Assembly: GCA_030390025.1 (NCBI GenBank)
Contig: CM059432.1
Location: forward strand, 113,462,001-113,526,000
Length of the DNA stretch: 64,000 nt
Direction: 5' to 3'
Source of the DNA: Squalus acanthias
Lineage: Eukaryota
The notes below the pieces were generated by a model. It had not been told where the DNA came from, did no database searches, and saw only the letters and a list, made by a program, of their open reading frames with translations. Below are positions 44,021 through 55,556 of the stretch, piece by piece. Position 1 is the stretch's first letter, and each line of letters starts with the position of its first letter. A program made the position numbers and the translations under genes.

Positions 44021-47000
44021 GGGCTCGTTTTTTGGTCACTACGTGTGGCCCCTAGAGCTGCAAAATGGCATCCGTGGCGCACGCGCACTCTTGTGACACA
44101 AACCGCGCCGGACGGCATCTTGGTACAGGAGTTAGTGCACACGCACTTAACGTCCACCAGAGGTTTGCAGAGCAGGCAGTTCATGACATCACTACGCTGA
44201 TTGATGCCAGCGCTGCCATTTTGGAGCTCCACACTCCGGCCGACACCCTCTCTTAACTTCGCACAGCTGAACACAACGTTAAGCAGTATGAAGGACCCGC
44301 CACCAGCACTATTTAAAGGGATCATCAACGACTTACAGGTTAGTTGCTGGTTGATTTCTTCTGCCTGTTGCTACAATTTTTGGTGCTTTCCATCGTTGTT
44401 TCAAGTTTCAAAAGTCGACAGGGAGCGGTGTGGCAGGTGCTGAATGAACTTTTTTGCTGACTTCAGGCTTCTGCACAAACCAGTTATTCCTAGACATGGG
44501 TGCACTAGTAGGCATTCCTCTTGGAATAGAGCATGACTGGGAGAATGAGCAGAGGCCACGCAGAGCAGGACAAGCTGCTAGAAGAGGGCGGATAAGGGGG
44601 AGAAGGACTCTCAGCTGGAGGCCAGGGTGTTCAGGGAGAAATTCTCCTTCCTGAACCTCAGCGATGAGCAATGTGTGAGACGTCTGTACTTAACTAAGAA
44701 GGTCCTCACTGAAACCTGCCAACTGCTGCAGCCACATCTACAACCTCAGAGCAGGGCAAGGATTGCATTGCCAGTGGCTGTGAAGGTGAACATGGCGATG
44801 AACATTTGTGTGTCTGGGTCCTTCCAGGCTGGAGCTGGAGATATTAGTAACATCTTGCAGTTTGCCGTCCGCTGCTGCATAAGGGAGGTCACTGAGGCTC
44901 TCTATTCAAAGAGAGACAGCTTCATTTCATTCTCTCTTGCCAGAGACAAGCAGGCGGAGTGAGCACGTGGGTCTGCTGCACAAACTTGCCATCATGAGGC
45001 GACAGCCCTTGCCACCAGTTATCAGGCGAGAAGCTGACGAGCAGGAGCAGGAGGAGGAAGAGGAGGAGGAGGAAAAGGAGGAGGTGGAAGAGGAGAAAGA
45101 GGAAGGGAGGCGGCAACCTAGACTGCCCCTTTTTGCCCGGGCTGTATGTGAAGAACTCATTTGAGTGCAATACCACCGTAACCCCAATTCCCCAATCACC
45201 AAAAGTCCCAGACTCCTTACCTTCCCTGTCACTGACCAGCGCATCGTCCTCTTGGCCACAATGCAAAATTAAAAGCCAACACAAAATACACATTCCATAC
45301 CAAATTTATAAATGATTTAATTCCATATTGCATACAAACGTCAACTAATCACCCTTGTGCATTCCCTTAGTGCCTGTCTTCCGTGTGCCTTTGCCTGTCC
45401 TAGTGCTCCTATGCAGTACTACCCCAGTGGCTGCAGCATGGCTGGTGGACGGCTGCTGACTTTCAGTGAAGGAGACTGTAGATGGCCTTGGAGGACAACC
45501 TTGAGCAGCTCTGGGCCTGGAAGGCTTCAGACTGCACCACCTCGGCATGGGCAACAGCAGTCTGGGCTGGCTGGCTGACAGGCAACAGCAAGGATGAATG
45601 CTGTCATCCTGAGAGAACAGCATGCTCCTTCTCAATGGAGCCACTGCCACTCCCCGGGGCGGCACTTTAGTAATCCTATTAATCTATTAGAGGACAGATT
45701 TCTGAAGTGCGGTGACACCCTGCAAGCCCCTTTGAACACTGGTATTCAGAGCCATGATGCCTAAGCTTGCATGACTTCAGTTTGAGCTTCCACTGCAGCA
45801 CTCAGACTTTTGGTGGAAGCTGCTTGTGCTGCAATGGAAGCTGAGACATCGACCATCAGACTCTGCATCATGGACTGGATCCACAAGTGTGTTGATGGAG
45901 TTGGCCATCGGTTACACGCTGGAAAGGATGGGCTCCAAGCTGTGCACAAAGCCCTGTGCTAAGTTGGTGCCAGACTCCTCCACTCTCCTTGACGTTGCAC
46001 GCAGGCTTTCTGGCAGGCCTGCCAATGTCCCAAGCATTTCATTGTGCGTACCCATCAGCATTCTTTTATAGCCTGCCCCATCAAAATGATCATGAGTCCT
46101 CTCCAGCAGAACTCGTATGTGACCTCTCCCTCCGCGGGGCTGGCACCTATGCTGTCCTTGCCCCCTGCCCTGGCTGCAGGCCACTCGTGCCCAGTGTCTC
46201 ACCACGTGCAGAACCTGCCTCTAATCTATTCTCTGACATATGCGCAGTGTCAGTATCTGAGCTGGTAGCTGCAACTGTGAAATCGAGTGATGGTGTGCCT
46301 TTATCATCATTGTCTTCTTGCTGGTCCTGCACTGCCTGGCCAGGTTGCACTTCTTGGGTATCTGAAAGGAGAAAGGCGCAAGGGTAGGGTTGTGGTGAAG
46401 GGGGAGCGGGGAAGTAAGAGGTGCATGCTAACACCATCTGCAGCTTGTAAGTCAGAAGAGATTGTGGGATGAGGTGGAGGTGGAATGTGAGAAGGAGGAT
46501 TAGGTATGAGGATACCGTTATCTTCCATGGTTTCAGTCCCGCCGCTGGCCACAGCCTCAGCAATGGCCGTTCCAATAATGGCCAGCACTGTCTCTCCCAT
46601 GGGGGTTAGAACATGCAGGCCTCCCCCTCCCGTTAGCTTCTGCTGCCTGTACTTGTATGCCATCTTCTCCTGCAAGAGACAGGGAGGTGTGTCAGTGAGT
46701 ATCATGCAATATGTTTGGGTGATGTGGCTACCATGGTTGAATAGCAGTGTGTGTAAGCTGTGAGATGTGGGTGTAAGGCTTGCAGCAGTGCTTAGTGTGT
46801 GAGGGCTAAGTGAAGCATATGCATGTTAGGTATGAGTCCTGATTGATAGAGATTGTTGGTAGGTGAGTGATGGGGTGTGGTGATTTGAGCAGTGGCTGAG
46901 GCTAGTGGTGCCATTGGTGGGATGTGGCATTTGAAGATGCATTCACTGACCTTGACCACTTGTGTGAGGTCATTCAGTTTGATGCGCCACTGCATCCAGG

Positions 47001-47517
47001 TCCTCGGGGCTTGACTCCTGGCATTGACCTCCAAGGCTCTCTGCCCCCACTGCCTTTTCACTGTGTGTCTGGAGGGCCTCCTGGCCCTCTGCAGATACAG
47101 GACATCTCTCCTCCTTTCCACCTCCCCCCACCAAGACCTCTAGTGCAGCGTCGGAAAACCTGGGTGCACACGCTCTCACATGTTCAGCTATTCTTCTGTC
47201 TTTCCAAGTCAGAGGCAGCTCCCACAGGACTTCCAGCACCTGCTCCAGCCAGAATGCACCTCCCCTTTAAGAGGTGCAGGCTGGGTTTAAGTAGTGCAGG
47301 CTGGGTTTAAGTCATGCTAGCAAGTAACGATATTGGGCCCCCTGCTGATGCGTGAAGTCAATCAACAGCATGTTTAGCACTGGCTGCACACAGAAATCAG
47401 GTAAATGAGCAGGCAGCACGAAGTTGGCTTCCTGCCTGCATTATGTCCAACGGGCACAGGTTAATCGCGCATCGCAATCCCTGCGCCCATTTTCAGGGGC
47501 TATCCAATTTAGCCCCC
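44021..47517. mobile_element. Harbinger copy D (internally deleted transposase +, decayed Myb gene -)
   Basis: Transposase N-terminus (44497-44960) fused directly to the C-terminal LHKLAI/poly-E region. Myb exon 1 APRFSDAALEVLV at ~47170-46950, exon 2 EKMAYK at ~46670, exon 3 to ~45345. Left end approximate. Confidence 0.85.
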
Positions 47518-48029
47518 AACCACTTTTAAATACATCAAGGAATATTTTTTAAAGCAAAATTATTATTTTTTTTAATTACGTTTAAAATCGATGCCCGATT
47601 GCGCTGGTTCATGGCATATTTTGCCTGCGGCGATATGCAAATTAATTTGAGCGGAAACTCCAGAAAAAAGAAAACTTTTCAAAAGTAGCGCAATTTTGAG
47701 CGCAATTTGCAGCCGGATCACCAATTGCACCCAAAGCAGAAACTCTACTCCAATATTTCACACAGAACTTGTCCTGTCTTCTACAGGACGAACTCCAGCA
47801 TCCTTGCAACTCACATCTGTGATTACAGTTCCCTTAACTATGGGATTAGTACATGCTCAGTTAGCTTACTCTATTAAGATACATTCTAAATCAAGTGATT
47901 AATTTACACAAACATATTAAAAGTGCTGGTGCTGTAAGGTTTAGCCTCAGTTCAAAAGTTCGATTGTCACCATCTTTGAATTGCTGTGTAGCTGTATCAT
48001 TATAGCATCAATTAGTTCTTTTAAGGCAT

Positions 48030-48313
48030 CTTGAGCATCCCTGATGATAATCGCTCCACCATTGGTGGCCGTGCCTTCTGTTGCCTCAGCCCTAAGCTCT
48101 GGAATTCCCTCCCTAAACCTCTCCGCCTCTCTACCTCTCTTTCCTCCTTTAAGATGCTCCTTAAAACCTACCTCTTTGACCAAGCTTTTGGTCACCTGCC
48201 CTAACTTCTCCTATGTGGCTCGGTGTCAAATTCTTTTGTCTTTTAATACTCCTGTGCAGCACCTTGTGATGTTTTACTACATTAAAGGCGCTATATAAAT
48301 ATAAGTTGTTGTT
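48030..48313 (+). mobile_element. L2 3' end fragment
   Basis: Homologous to 39670-39940. Confidence 0.85.
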
Positions 48314-49124
48314 ACAATTTAAGAATCATACTATCCTACTTAAATCAAACAAAGGTTACCAGTAAACATTGCTACAAATCAAATCACTTTCAGTCAGCAG
48401 CAGATTTCTGTTGCTACTCTGATTAACACTTTCCTTACAGCAGGTCTTCATAAACACAAACTTACACACTGGCTCCTCTTCAACTGGACCGCCAGTTATT
48501 ACTGGGCAGAACACACGGAGTGCATGACTGCCTACTACTCTCCTAAAAAGGCAAATGGGGTCCTATGTGCATAACAGGACCCCGATTGGCATTTTAAATG
48601 GTCCTACCGCCTGACTCAGGCGGGTGCTCCGGCCGCCCAACAGTAGGCCCGGGGAAGTTTATGGCAGCCACACCGATGGTGGGAACAGGGAGGTGAGTGA
48701 TTTTCCAACATTTTTGGGGCATCTCCACGCTGTTTCCACTGGGTGGCAGGCCCGGTTATTATTGCTCCCATCCACCCTGAAGCCACCGAAAAAAATCTCA
48801 GAAAATCCCGGCCCTACTTTCCTTTTTTTTAAAGAAGTAAGCCAAAAATTCTCAATTCCTTTTGCCAAGAACACATTTCGAGTCTGATCCCTGCATGATC
48901 CTGGTGGAAGCATTCCACAAACTGTATCTTAACCATTTAGATGATGACTTTCAGCAGTTACCACTTATGTCGGTTTTATAAATCCCTTTTGTTTCATAAA
49001 CAAGTTTTTGTATTGGCCTCTCAGCTATGCAATAGTTGATACTTAATCTTGTTGCTTGGCACGTTTAAACCTATGGTATAGCAATGCCCAAACATGCTGT
49101 GATACAGAGTGTTAAGATACAGTA

Positions 49125-49787
49125 GGGGTTAAATTCAACAGTGCCTGAAAATGGGTGTGGGAATCGCGATGCAGGATACGCCTGTGCCCATTGCTTCTGA
49201 TGCAGGCAGCATGCAAACTTCGTACAGTCTGCTAATTTAAATGATTGCAGCATTGAGGAAGCGCTCAAAGCACTGTTGAGTTGCTGAATGCCTCCGCAGG
49301 GGGCCCAAGTTCGTGCGAGGCTAGCACCATTTAAAGCTAGCCTGTACTCTTTAAAGCCAGCCTGCACTACTTAAAGCCAGCCTGCACCTCTTAAAGGGGA
49401 GGTGCATTCTGGCTGGAGCAGGTGCTGGAAGTGGCTTGGGAAGAGAGTTTGACCCGCAAGAACACTGACTAATGGCGCAACAGGGGAGCAAGCGTGCTCC
49501 AAGTTTTTCCGACGCTGCACTGGAGGCCTTGGTGGAGGAGATGGAAGGAGGACAGAGGTCCTCCATCCACAGGGGACCAGGAGGCCACCCAGACAAACTC
49601 TGCGAAGGCAGTGGGAGCAGATAGCCGTGGCGGTCAATGCCAGAAGTCAAATCCCGAGGACCTGAAAGCAGTCTTGCAAAAAGTTCAATGGCCTCACACG
49701 AGTGGTCAAGGTCAGTGAATTCATCTTCAAATGCCATAAACCACCAACTGCACCAGTAGCCTCACACACTGCTCAATTCACCAACCC
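49125..49787 (+). mobile_element. Truncated Harbinger end (D family) with Myb exon 1, inverted relative to copy D
   Basis: Reverse-complement homology to 46870-47517; APSFSDAALEALVEEM..W. Confidence 0.85.
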
Positions 49788-49790
49788 ATG

Positions 49791-50113
49791 AGGGTACAGT
49801 AGCATAGTGTTTATGTTACTGGACAAGTAATCCAAAGACCTGGACTAATGATCCAGCATGACTTCAAATCCCACCACGACAGCTGGAGAATTTAAATTCA
49901 GTTAATTAAATAAATCTGGAACAAAAAGCTAGTATCAGTATCAGTAATGGTGACCATGAAACTATCGGATTGTTGTAAAAACCCATCTGGTTCACGAATG
50001 TCCTTTAGGGAAGGAAATCTGCTGTCCTTACCTGGTCTGACCTATATGTGACTCCAGACCCACAGCAATGTGGTTGACTCTTAACTGCCCTCTGCGGTTC
50101 AAGAAGGCTGCCT
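49791..50113 (+). mobile_element. tRNA-derived SINE (third copy, partial)
   Basis: Reverse-complement homologous to 31537-31968. Confidence 0.8.
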
Positions 50114-50119
50114 ACTCTG

Positions 50120-50722
50120 CATACTTCCAGAGCATCCCCAACCAGCGAAGAGCATTTGTGAACCACAAGGGCTTCCGCTCCATCAATGTTCAGCTCATCT
50201 GAAACCATAAAAAGAGGTTCATGCAGGTCTGCGCATGATTACCTGGGAAGCTGCCATGATGCCGTCATACTGCGGCAGTCGAATATCCCCAGAATGTTTC
50301 TACCTGGGATCAACCTGACAGGATGGCTGCTTGGGGACAAAGGATACCCCCTTCAGCCATGCCATATGACACCTTTAAGGAACCCCTCCACTCAGCCGCA
50401 GGAGAGATAAAATGCCAGCCACATCACCACGAAATGCGTTATCAAGCAAGCAAGGATGTTGAAGTTAAGGTTCAGGTCCCTTGACAGGTCTGGAGGTTCT
50501 CTACAGTGTTCGCCAGCCAGTGTGTCACGGTTCATTGTTGCATGTTGCATCCTACAGAATATAGTGCAGCAAAGAGGTCTGGAGATGCAGGATGAAGAAG
50601 GTTCTCATGGCTCCTCATCAGATGAGGAGAACAATGATGATGGGGACCCAGACGCACGGCCACCGGAACATATTGCTGTCCGTGACGCAAGGGATGCTTT
50701 AATAGCATGTAGGTTCAGTTAG
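50120..50722 (+). pseudogene. Harbinger copy C transposase, C-terminal half
   Basis: [42 protein letters not shown]. Confidence 0.9.
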
Positions 50723-52240
50723 ATGAATGACAACTGCACCATTATTGCCCCACCAACCATAACCCCCTCGCACCCGCAGTCATGTAAACCTCAATGCACT
50801 GTTGCAACATCCCCAAACATGTGAGATTCAAATCATGTCTCTACCTTCCACACCTATTAACTTAAATTAAAACCTGACTCTGAAGTCTGCATTCAATAAT
50901 GGGACACACGGGAATGGTGTGAGTGACAAATTTTTAATGTAGTGAACAAATTAATTGGATTAAGACAAATAAAATGTGGCCACCATGTGTTAACCCTCTG
51001 TGATCTATATGTTCTTTCCCTTCCTATGCCTGCCACTTCTACAAAGTGCTGCCCAAGTGGCTTCAGCAGAGATGGTGCAATGCTGCTCACCTTTCTCAGT
51101 GTCATGAGTGGTTCTTGACCGACAACCTTTGGGTTTGGAGCCTGTGAGGGCCCCGCCAGTGTCTACTCTTCCTGCACTTGTGCAGGAGTAGTGTGGCCCA
51201 GCTGGAGTGGAGGCACCATGTTGGGTATTGGTTGGGGGGGGGGCGGGGTGGAAATGGATGAGATGCACTGAGAAACGTCTGCACTCGCCTTGCCCGTTCC
51301 ACCATCCTCCCTCTCCTGGGGCAGCAGCACATCAGTGCTACCTGTCTGCGGGAGAGCAGAGTGGAAGAGATCAGTGACACCTTGGAAGCCCCAATCTAGT
51401 TTCCCTACAATCTTGTCAAGACTCATGTGCACAGCCGGCCACAATTTCCATCGTGCTTGCCACATGCTCCATGGTGGATTGCAGAGTAGAAAAGTCCTGT
51501 GGCATCACCCCACATAGGTTCAAATTCGGCTCCTCTATCCTCTCTGCCACTGTGGACAGTGTGCCCAGCGGGACTGCCAATACCTTAGTCAGTTGCTGCT
51601 GTGCCTCCTGCATTCCCCTTTTCAATGCTGGCCCCAAGGGTTCTACATCTCTGTCCTGATCAGCAGTGCTTGGAGAGGACGGCGCCCTCCAGCAACTAAT
51701 CTCATCAGCTGTCCCTGCCACCATTCTCTGCTCTTGCTCACTTGTGCCTTGAGAGTCACCAAGTGCCGTCCCATCTACCTGTCCAAACAAGGTGCTGGAA
51801 TCTGCGCATGCAACATTTATGTCATCTTCAGCAGCTATCAGCTCCGCTGAAGAGTCTTCGTCCTTTTCTATCATGGGCTCTTGGGGCTAAAAATTCAGTC
51901 GCGCCCCGTTTGGGGCGCACATATCATCCGGGCGCAAAAATTAGCGCCTGGCGCTAATTATCGCCACTGACTGGAAACTTCACTTTTAACGCCCCTGGAG
52001 GTGATTGGAGCGCTAAATCAGGCACTGCACACCTGTCTTAAGGCGCAAAGGCCGAGGAGTGAGGCGCTAACTCAGAGCGCGAGCGCAGCGCAGGTGCTGC
52101 CAGTTAGCGAGGGAACACAGACACACTGGCGCCGGCCAGTTCTTAAAGGGGGGGGCGATCTTGCTCCCCAGCCACACCCTGCTCATTGCAGCCTTGAATC
52201 TCGGCCTGGAGAGACCTGTGAATCCATTTTCCATCCAAGG

Positions 52241-54084
52241 ATGGAGAGGGTGAGAGAACGAGCTCAGCGCTTCACCGAGCGGGCCTTGGATGCTCTGGTT
52301 GGCGCGGTGGAGCGCCGAAGAGCAATACTGTACCCAGAGAGTGGCAGGAGGCCTTTGCCGCGCGACTACAGAAGAGTGTGGAGGGAGGTGGCTCAGCGCG
52401 TCTCCTCCAGGAGCATGGTGCCCAGGACCCATGTCCAATGCCGGAAAAAGTTCAACGACCTCACTCGGGTTGTCAGGGTGAGTGGCTTTTTTGCAATACC
52501 TCTCCATCCCTCCATCTCAACCTCACTCTATGGCCAGAGGGTCTTAAAACCACAATTAACAACACTCATCCAACACCTATGGCCCTTTCATGAAGCACAC
52601 ACACACATTCCATACTTTGCATACAGTAAGGGCTATTCACCTATGGGAGGCACATCAGGCAAGACCATGGCTGTATACAGTAAGGGCTATTCACCTATGG
52701 GAGGCACATCAGGCAAGAACATGGCTGTATACAGTAAGGGCTATTCACCTATGGGAGGCACATCAGGCAAGACCATGGCTGTATATTTACTCAGAAGCCG
52801 TCCTTTTTCTTGCAGGCCAAGCTGGTGCATAATAGGAGACAGCAGTAACGGACGGGTGGAGGGCGGCCTCAGCTGCAACCCCTCAGCGATCTGGAGGAGC
52901 GCGTCCACAGGATTGTGGCAAGCCGGGTGATTGGTCCCGTCGCCACTGGAGACGCCGACCCCGTTCTGGACAGCAATGGTAAGGTCATCACCTTTTTGTC
53001 CTCTGTCCTTCCACTTGTCCTTCACAACACCAGCCTTTGACACTTTCAATCCAACTTACTAACTCGCTGCACTTTTTCCTCCCTTACTGCCACCCTGTCC
53101 TCACGCTAAAGCCACTCTTGTACCTCCCTGCTTTCAGATGGTGATTCACCAGCTGAGGAGACGGGCCCTGAAGCTGCCAGTGGGAGTGAAGCTGCAGCCG
53201 AGGAGGAAGAGGAAGCCGGAGCATCAGTGCCACCCTCTCCCGAGGAAGCCCATGCCGACACTGGGAACACGCCTTCCCTGGAGGAGAGCAGGGGGGAAGG
53301 GTCTGATGAGGGTGAAGCTCCAGGACCCAGCGGGCTGCAGCAACGCGATGGGGGTAGGGAAGCTCGGGGGCCTTCTCCCCGGAGGGAGAGTATGCCAGCG
53401 AGTACTGCTGCACTGGACGCAGAGGAGGAGCGGCTGATCGCGGAAATGAACACCCAGGCGGTGGGCATGCACACTGAGCTCATGGCTGCAGTGGGTAGGG
53501 TGCCCGAATGCATTGAAGCACTGGCAAGGAGTGTGGAGCACTTCGCTGCAGCGCAGGCGGATGCGACACTGAAGCTCAGTGCTGCAATTCAATCTCAGAC
53601 TGCTCTCATGTAGACTCAGATTGAGGCCACGCGAGTTTTGTCTGCTGCCATCCTCGCTGGTTCGTTCACATTTCCCTGGGGCTCTCACCGCGCCGCAGCA
53701 GGCCAGCAATCTGTGCTCCAGCAGATTGCTCCGGATGCTGAGGTGCTGCCCCGTGGGAGTGCCAGTGTGCCGGTCGAGCAGGGAGTTGCTGTCCTCGCTC
53801 AAGATGACAGCATTCCTGCTGCCACCACTGTCACTTCTCCACTGCACTTGCCACCGCCTGTAGGACAGACTGCTGCCGCCCATGCAGAGTTGGTGCTGTC
53901 TGCAGCCGGGCCCTCCAGGCCCAGAGCTGGTCGAGGCCGTCCCTCAAGGGCATCTGCATTGTCAGGGCCTGACAGTCAGCAGCCTTCCACCAGCCTTGCT
54001 GCAGCCACTGAGGTCCCATTGCGGAGGAGCAATAGGATAAGAAGGGGGGAAGGGCGCACGGGAAGGAGTTCACCCTCGATGTAG
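52241..54084 (+). pseudogene. Harbinger B Myb/SANT gene (exons 52241-52477, 52816-52978, 53138-54084), disrupted
   Basis: Same exon structure as A, but CAA>TAA at 52846 and CAG>TAG at 53611. Confidence 0.88.
52621..52782 (+). repeat. 54-bp tandem repeat x3 in Myb intron 1
   Basis: Units start at 52621, 52675 and 52729. Confidence 0.9.
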
Positions 54085-54395
54085 GAGGTGTGACAAAATG
54101 CTGGTCATTTTTTTATTAGAGGCCGAGGTTCGTGGTCAAACTTTTGTTGAGTGTTTTGCACATGATCTCCAGGTTGTGAGAACCAATTATGGTAATGACT
54201 GTTTTTTTGTGTTTATTTGTATGAGTTTGTCATGAAGAAATGACACACACAGAGTTTGTAAAATAAAAAAGTTTTGGTACTCAAAATATACATGTTTGGT
54301 GTTTGGAATCAATGGTGCCTTGGCCGGCTTAGGGGTTGCGTGTTGGGTTCATTCATGCTGTTCTCAATGGCAGAAGCCATTTCCACAGCAGGGGC

Positions 54396-54494
54396 CTAGA
54401 AGCGGCTTGCTATCAGCCGCTGACGGACGGCCCTTGCAGTTTCACCATTGTGGGCCGCCCTCACGCCTTGGTGTTGCTGCTGATCATCCTCCTC

Positions 54495-54525
<31 letters not shown>

Positions 54526-55556
54526 GGTGGTGCTCCAAGGCCTGGTGGCATTGGCTGGGTCCTGAGGATTGCCATGTTATGCAGCATGCAGCACACAACT
54601 ACGATGCTGGAAACTCGCTCAGGCGAGTACTGCAGGGCTCCTCCAGAATGGTCGAGACAGCGGAACCGTTGCTTGAGCACGCCGATTGTGTGCTCCACGA
54701 TGTTCCTGGTAGCTTGATGGCTCTCGTTGTACCGCAGCTCAGCAGGGGTGTTGGGCGTACGAAGCGGTGTCATCAGCCAGGTGCACAGTGGATACCCCTT
54801 GTCCCCGAGAAGCCAACCAACTGGCTGATGCGGTGCCTCGAAAAGTTCTGCCACAGTAGTCTGGCGCAGGATGAAAGCATCGTGGCAGCTGCCAGGATAG
54901 TGGGCATTGACAGCGAGTATCAGCTGTCTGTGGTCACAGACCAACTGAACATTCAAGGAATGGAACCCCTTTCTGTTCCGGAAATCCTCGGCATTCTCAT
55001 GCGGAGCACGCAAAGCCACATGCGTGCAGTCAATGGCGCCCTGCACCATGGGGAAGCCCGCTATCCTCGCAAAGCCCAGAGCGCGTTCTTGCTGCTTGTC
55101 TGGGGTCATGGGGAAAGAGATGAACTCTCGTCTCCTTTTAAAGAGGGCATTTGTGACCTTCCTGATGCAGCAGTGCACAGCGAACTGGGAGATATTGGCG
55201 ATGTCCCCAACAGCAGATTGAAATGAGCCAGTAGCATAGAAGTTCAGAGCCACTGTGACCTTCACTGCCACCGACAGAGACGTCCTGGACCTCAGCTGAG
55301 GCTGCAGATCTGGCTGCAGCAGGTGGCAGAGCTCAGTGACCACCTCCTTGCTGAAGCGCAGCCTTCGCAGACACTGCTCCTCAGACATATGAATGTAGGA
55401 GAGCTGTTCACGATATACCCTGGGAGGGTAAGCTCTCCTGTACAGACGCCTGTTGGCCCTCCTCTGTCTGGCCATCATTGCCACTCTCTCTCTGCGTCTC
55501 CGTGTCCTCCGATTCAGCTGGCGCAGGACGACGCCCCCCATCAGTGCAGCCCCCAT
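54396..55556 (-). CDS. Harbinger B DDE transposase (HARBI1-like), 386 aa, open
   Basis: [36 protein letters not shown] all present; no stops. Confidence 0.93.

Noticed and set aside
52621..52782. CRISPR-like array
   Set aside because: Head-to-tail tandem units with no unique spacers, in eukaryotic DNA.
52001..52930. 309-aa and 256-aa (23637) single-exon Myb ORFs
   Set aside because: They run through intron 1. Conserved GT-AG sites in both copies support the 3-exon model.
54336..55226. 296-aa plus-strand ORF
   Set aside because: Antisense shadow of the intact transposase.
54396..55556. Domesticated host HARBI1 gene
   Set aside because: Lies within TIRs and a TSD, with a related copy nearby, so it is a transposon gene.
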